A program made the translations under genes and the position numbers. Below are positions 59,958-64,000 of a DNA stretch of 64,000 nt, piece after piece. Source of the DNA: Nemertoderma westbladi (taxonomy: Eukaryota > Animalia > Xenacoelomorpha); contig JAUCBJ010002426.1 in assembly GCA_032718475.1 (NCBI GenBank), forward strand, positions 1,617 through 65,616, in the 5' to 3' direction. Below the pieces are notes generated by a model. That model had not been told where the DNA came from and searched no databases. It saw nothing but the letters and a program-made list of their open reading frames with translations. Position 1 is the stretch's first letter, and the number at the start of each line of letters is the position of its first letter.

Positions 59958-61094
59958 ATGAATCTATCAAAGACGGTAACAACAGTTAAACATGAGGGAA
60001 CGGCAACGTTACAGCAAAGCGTTCTAAACAAACATTTTTACAAACACGAGAATAAAGCAGAGCTTAAGAATCGTATGGGATCGAATCTGGACTCAGATGA
60101 GAAATCTATATTATTGCGGAGTAGATCACCTAGTCCACAAGTCAGGCGATCATGCACGCGATCGGTAAGGATGTGGAAAGGAGCGAGTCGACGACGCAGA
60201 CATAGAGCGACGACGAATACTCGAACCAACGAGATATCGTGGTAGAATATTAGAAGGCGGAACGAGAGACCTTGGTAAAGGTATCGCGGTACAACAAGTA
60301 TTTCATGACGTGGGAACGTCTTCAGAGAGTTCCGATGTACTATGGAATAAATTGAGGGATTACATGGAACAGCTACGAGACGAGAAATAGGCCTACTACA
60401 AAGAGAAATGTGGTGCTAGAAGAGACGGTAATGGATTTCATTTATTACGCAAGGATAGAGAAACACAGAAGAAACTGATGGAGTTTGATATAATAAACAA
60501 GCTACAACTACTGTAGAATAGGCTCTATCTGTAGCCCAAGAAGAAACCCGATACGAGGGACTGAATTATCTACGGATAACAGGAGACCCGAGAGAACATC
60601 GGATGGATCAGCGATATATCAATCCGGGATGTGGATTCTGCGGGAGTCTACATCACGTAAAAATAGCTTGTATAGCAACGGAAACAAAAGTGTCACAATG
60701 CGCATATTGCGGACGATTTGATCACTTGTTAGCGGCATGCAACCCATTAAACACGCGGTGTACGGTATGTGGATTCAGAGGACATAAGGGAGCTGAATGT
60801 CACGAGAGAAAGCCGGACGAATGGCTATTGCAATTCGAATCTTACGCGGTGGGAGGGAAGATTACATATAGGAGGAATAATAGACATGGTATACAGTATA
60901 CACCTTGGATTCTATTTCTGTACGGAAGAACAGGAGCAATATATATGGAAAAACGGGACCAACTTCACCGGTCACGACTTGATGTCTGCGTCAGCGAAAA
61001 CAAGTCCGGAGAGAATTCAACAGGAGATAACATTGGCGGGAACTACAGGATTGGACGGACTCGGCCGATGGTTATTACGTAATGTATCGAGTGC
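59958..61094 (+). pseudogene. Degenerate ORF with Arg/Ser-rich part and a Zn-knuckle cluster resembling the BEL accessory ORF
   Basis: CGFCGSLHH..CAYCGRFDHLLAACNPLNTRCTVCGFRGHKGAEC; upstream frames broken by stops. Confidence 0.6.
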
Positions 61095-61444
61095 CAGGCC
61101 CGTAGCCAGGGGGGGGTTCGTTGGTTCGAACGAACCGCCGTTTTGATAAACGTGCCCGAACAGATGTTTGGGAAAGTGCCCTTTTTATAATTACCTTTTT
61201 GAAAAATATTCTCCATTTAATTATATTCACATATTCGTAAAAGTGCCCTTTCCGGCAAAGCAAATATTAAAGTTACATTAGCAGCTAGAACAGTTAGGAT
61301 TCACATCCCAGTGCCAATGTGCTTTAAAAAGTATCCCACATATTTCGTATCGGGCTTGGATATTTGTCATTATTTAAAAAATTAAAAAAGTGCCCTTTTT
61401 TTGAAAAAACGAACCGCCCTTTAAAAATCCTGGCTACGGGCCTG
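61095..61444. mobile_element. MITE with 16-bp TIRs CAGGCCCGTAGCCAGG
   Basis: Perfect TIRs; no clean TSD seen. Confidence 0.8.
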
Positions 61445-62951
61445 AATGCATACATACGACAATGACAAATAGGCGAGAACGACTTGAAGTAATACCCTTC
61501 AAGAATCAAAAACGCTAGGAAATTTATACTTCAATGATAAGTGTTCCTAATAAAGTGAATGAGGACATATTATTTTTTATACTTACTTACGACATTCCTA
61601 TATAGTGAATGATACCTACGATGGAAGAAATACTTTATAGAGATAAACTTTGAATAAAATTAATGACTAATTACAGATATTGGACATTTATATAACTTTA
61701 TTGTATATTATTACTTTACAGGACTATAAAATAACTTTATATGATTGTGATTTAATCATTTGTTAATTTCTAGGAGTTAATGAAATTAATGATTTCAGAT
61801 TATTTTCTTAAACATATTATTTTCACAGTTATTGGGAAGCAGTTGGTAAAGTATAAAACGATAAAAGGTTAGTATAAATAAGGAGATTAAGAAGTAAATT
61901 AATCATCGAAGGGGTGTATGGAACACAGGTAAAGTATATGAGCCGAAGTGATGTGAGTATTATTAGATAATAAATTAAAAGATAATAATAGAGTTAAAGC
62001 CAAAATGGGGAAATAATGAGATTGGTTTGGAATTACCCTGTGTGTGTCAGCAAGTTGGCAGGGGGGAGTGTGAGTGGAGTAATCCCAAACGAATAAACGA
62101 GAATTTGAGAGAATATGTAACACAATAAGACAAACAACTCGCACTGGCCCAGCCCCTGATATCCAATTTGCTGGAGCTGTGGGACCCTACCTTTGAAAAT
62201 TCCTAGATACCCGCATGGCCACCAAACATGAATTATTGAAGAATATATGTCAGTTGTTTACTTACAACGGACTCCCCACAGCCAACTGTTGATCGGCAAT
62301 CCATTGATGGCAAATTATTATTATTAGTACTTCCTTTAGCCGCTGGTACATTATGTAACAACGTTAATGATAGGAACGTTACTGTTACGTAAATCGTATT
62401 CATGATATATGACAAAGTCACTAAATGATAAATATTATAAATAAATATTTATGAGAAACAAAATAAAATGATTGTGAAAATGCATTACCTTATATGTATG
62501 TAAGTCAAGATGACCAATTATTTTTGAGAGCGAAAGTTCCCTAACATTATGTAGACTATAATTGTACTGTAGCAACTGTGAAAGATTCATTTAATGGTTC
62601 TAAATCTATAACCCAATTGTTAGTCTTACTAACTTATTATAATTAATTGCATTAATTCAACATCTTTGTAGCTCACTCCTTTATTAAAGTCAAGATGGCC
62701 AATTATTTTTGAAGGTTAAAGTTCTATGGCTGATATCTGATGGCTGTAATGATTTTAAATCAATCACATTAATTATTTTCCTCATTCAACCAAAACACGC
62801 CTTCAAAGCAAAGTGTTTGCAATGTAAGCGAACTCCAGTTAAAGTGAATTGTGGGGTGAGAGACGGTGAATTAAGTATATTAAAATGTAATAGGACAATA
62901 TGATAATTGTGTCCAAAGCGAAACATATCAAGTGACCCTATTGAGGCTCGA

Positions 62952-62995
62952 ACCCGGTACCTAGGTTTCAAACTTCCGGTTATCATCAGCCGGGT
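62952..62995 (-). ncRNA. Type I minimal hammerhead ribozyme within a tRNA-like scaffold (62933-63017)
   Basis: ACCCGG-CUGAUGA-UAAC CGGAA GUUU-GAAA-CCUAGG-UA^CCGGGU. The first pair of stem II is a U-U mismatch. Confidence 0.75.
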
Positions 62996-64000
62996 GTGTG
63001 CACTGAGCTACAAGATCGGATGAAGAAAGATCCAGTAAAGGTCACTAGAGGGATATCTTTTGTCGGGTGTGTGAGATACTCGAAAGACCCTTCCTTATCT
63101 GATCCTTAGGTGATTCCCTAGTAGAATGCCTACCTCCCTTCCCACTTGACTTCCGGTTTCGCTCAGGGAATCTGCTGTCGGTCAACCACCATCAGTGACC
63201 TGTCGGGATATGTGTTAGACACCGAAATCAGTGTAACAAATAAGAGGGTTCAGTTTGACTTATAATATAATTGGCATTTACTAGTTAATAGCTAATATCT
63301 CTCACCAATAATAGGTATTGCACGTACACGGTGCGAATGAGCGTAATACCCAATAACACAATAATAAAGTAATATAGGAAAGGTGACATTTAATGTAAGA
63401 AATGCACCTAAGAATGAGGTCTAAATGTCTGAAAAGGTATAATGGAAAATATCTAAATGTCGCAATAAAGTTGGTGCAGCTTGGCAATTGTGCAAAACAC
63501 CAGGTTATCGTCTGGGTCCAAACGGGGGTGGGACCGTTTGGACGCAGATAGTTAGATGCTACTTTGTCCTCACGGCACGGCTAATCAAGCAGTCGGTCCT
63601 GGGACGAACTGAGAAGCCAGTGGGAAGAGTTGCGCGCAAGCACTACCCTAAACTGACGGAGTCAAATAAAACCTGGAAATATATTGCTACTTTGTCCTCA
63701 CGGCTAAGCAGTTGGTCCTGGGACGAACTGAGAAGCCAGCGGGCAGAGTGCTCAAGCACTACAGTGCTGGTTGGCCAAAACTCTGTTCTCAGCGTGCGCA
63801 GCGGGAACCTTAGCGGCACGCCCAAACACCACCAAGGAAGTAATGGGGTAGTGTAGGTCTGATACTGAAAAACAGAGCCAAGATAGAGCAGCCATGGACT
63901 GGACATCCATCTACAAGGCCTGTTGTTACTAACTGTTTAATTTGTAAGAATCTGGCCCTTATAAATCCGGTACTAGGGGTCAATGTGGAGTTGACCCCTA

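Noticed and set aside
62933-63017. Functional tRNA gene
   Set aside because: There is no anticodon arm and the T stem is broken; only the boxes and an acceptor-like stem remain.

Overview
AT-rich eukaryotic (probably invertebrate) DNA, almost entirely transposon-derived. It holds three BEL/Pao LTR retrotransposons with readable LTRs and 5-bp TSDs. BEL-A (678-19008, minus) has a broken gag-pol but an intact 1417-aa non-Env ORF before the 3' LTR. BEL-B (25267-45093, plus) is a pol-deleted relative of A. BEL-C (26836-34811, minus) is a different family nested in B's leader. B interrupts an RTE-like LINE, which itself interrupts a small repeat family carrying a hammerhead ribozyme. One host-like gene (a secreted EF-hand protein with a frameshift), a Gypsy integrase relic, MITE/foldback elements and a 68-bp minisatellite complete the window. 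Main leads: (1) two divergent minimal hammerhead ribozymes, each between tRNA-type A and B boxes; (2) no tRNA PBS in any of the three BEL elements, but an 11-nt sequence complementary to their own LTR, as in Tf1 self-priming; (3) the conserved Zn-knuckle accessory ORF with a structured leader, plus a distant homologue elsewhere in the window. All alignments, pairings and difference counts were done by eye.
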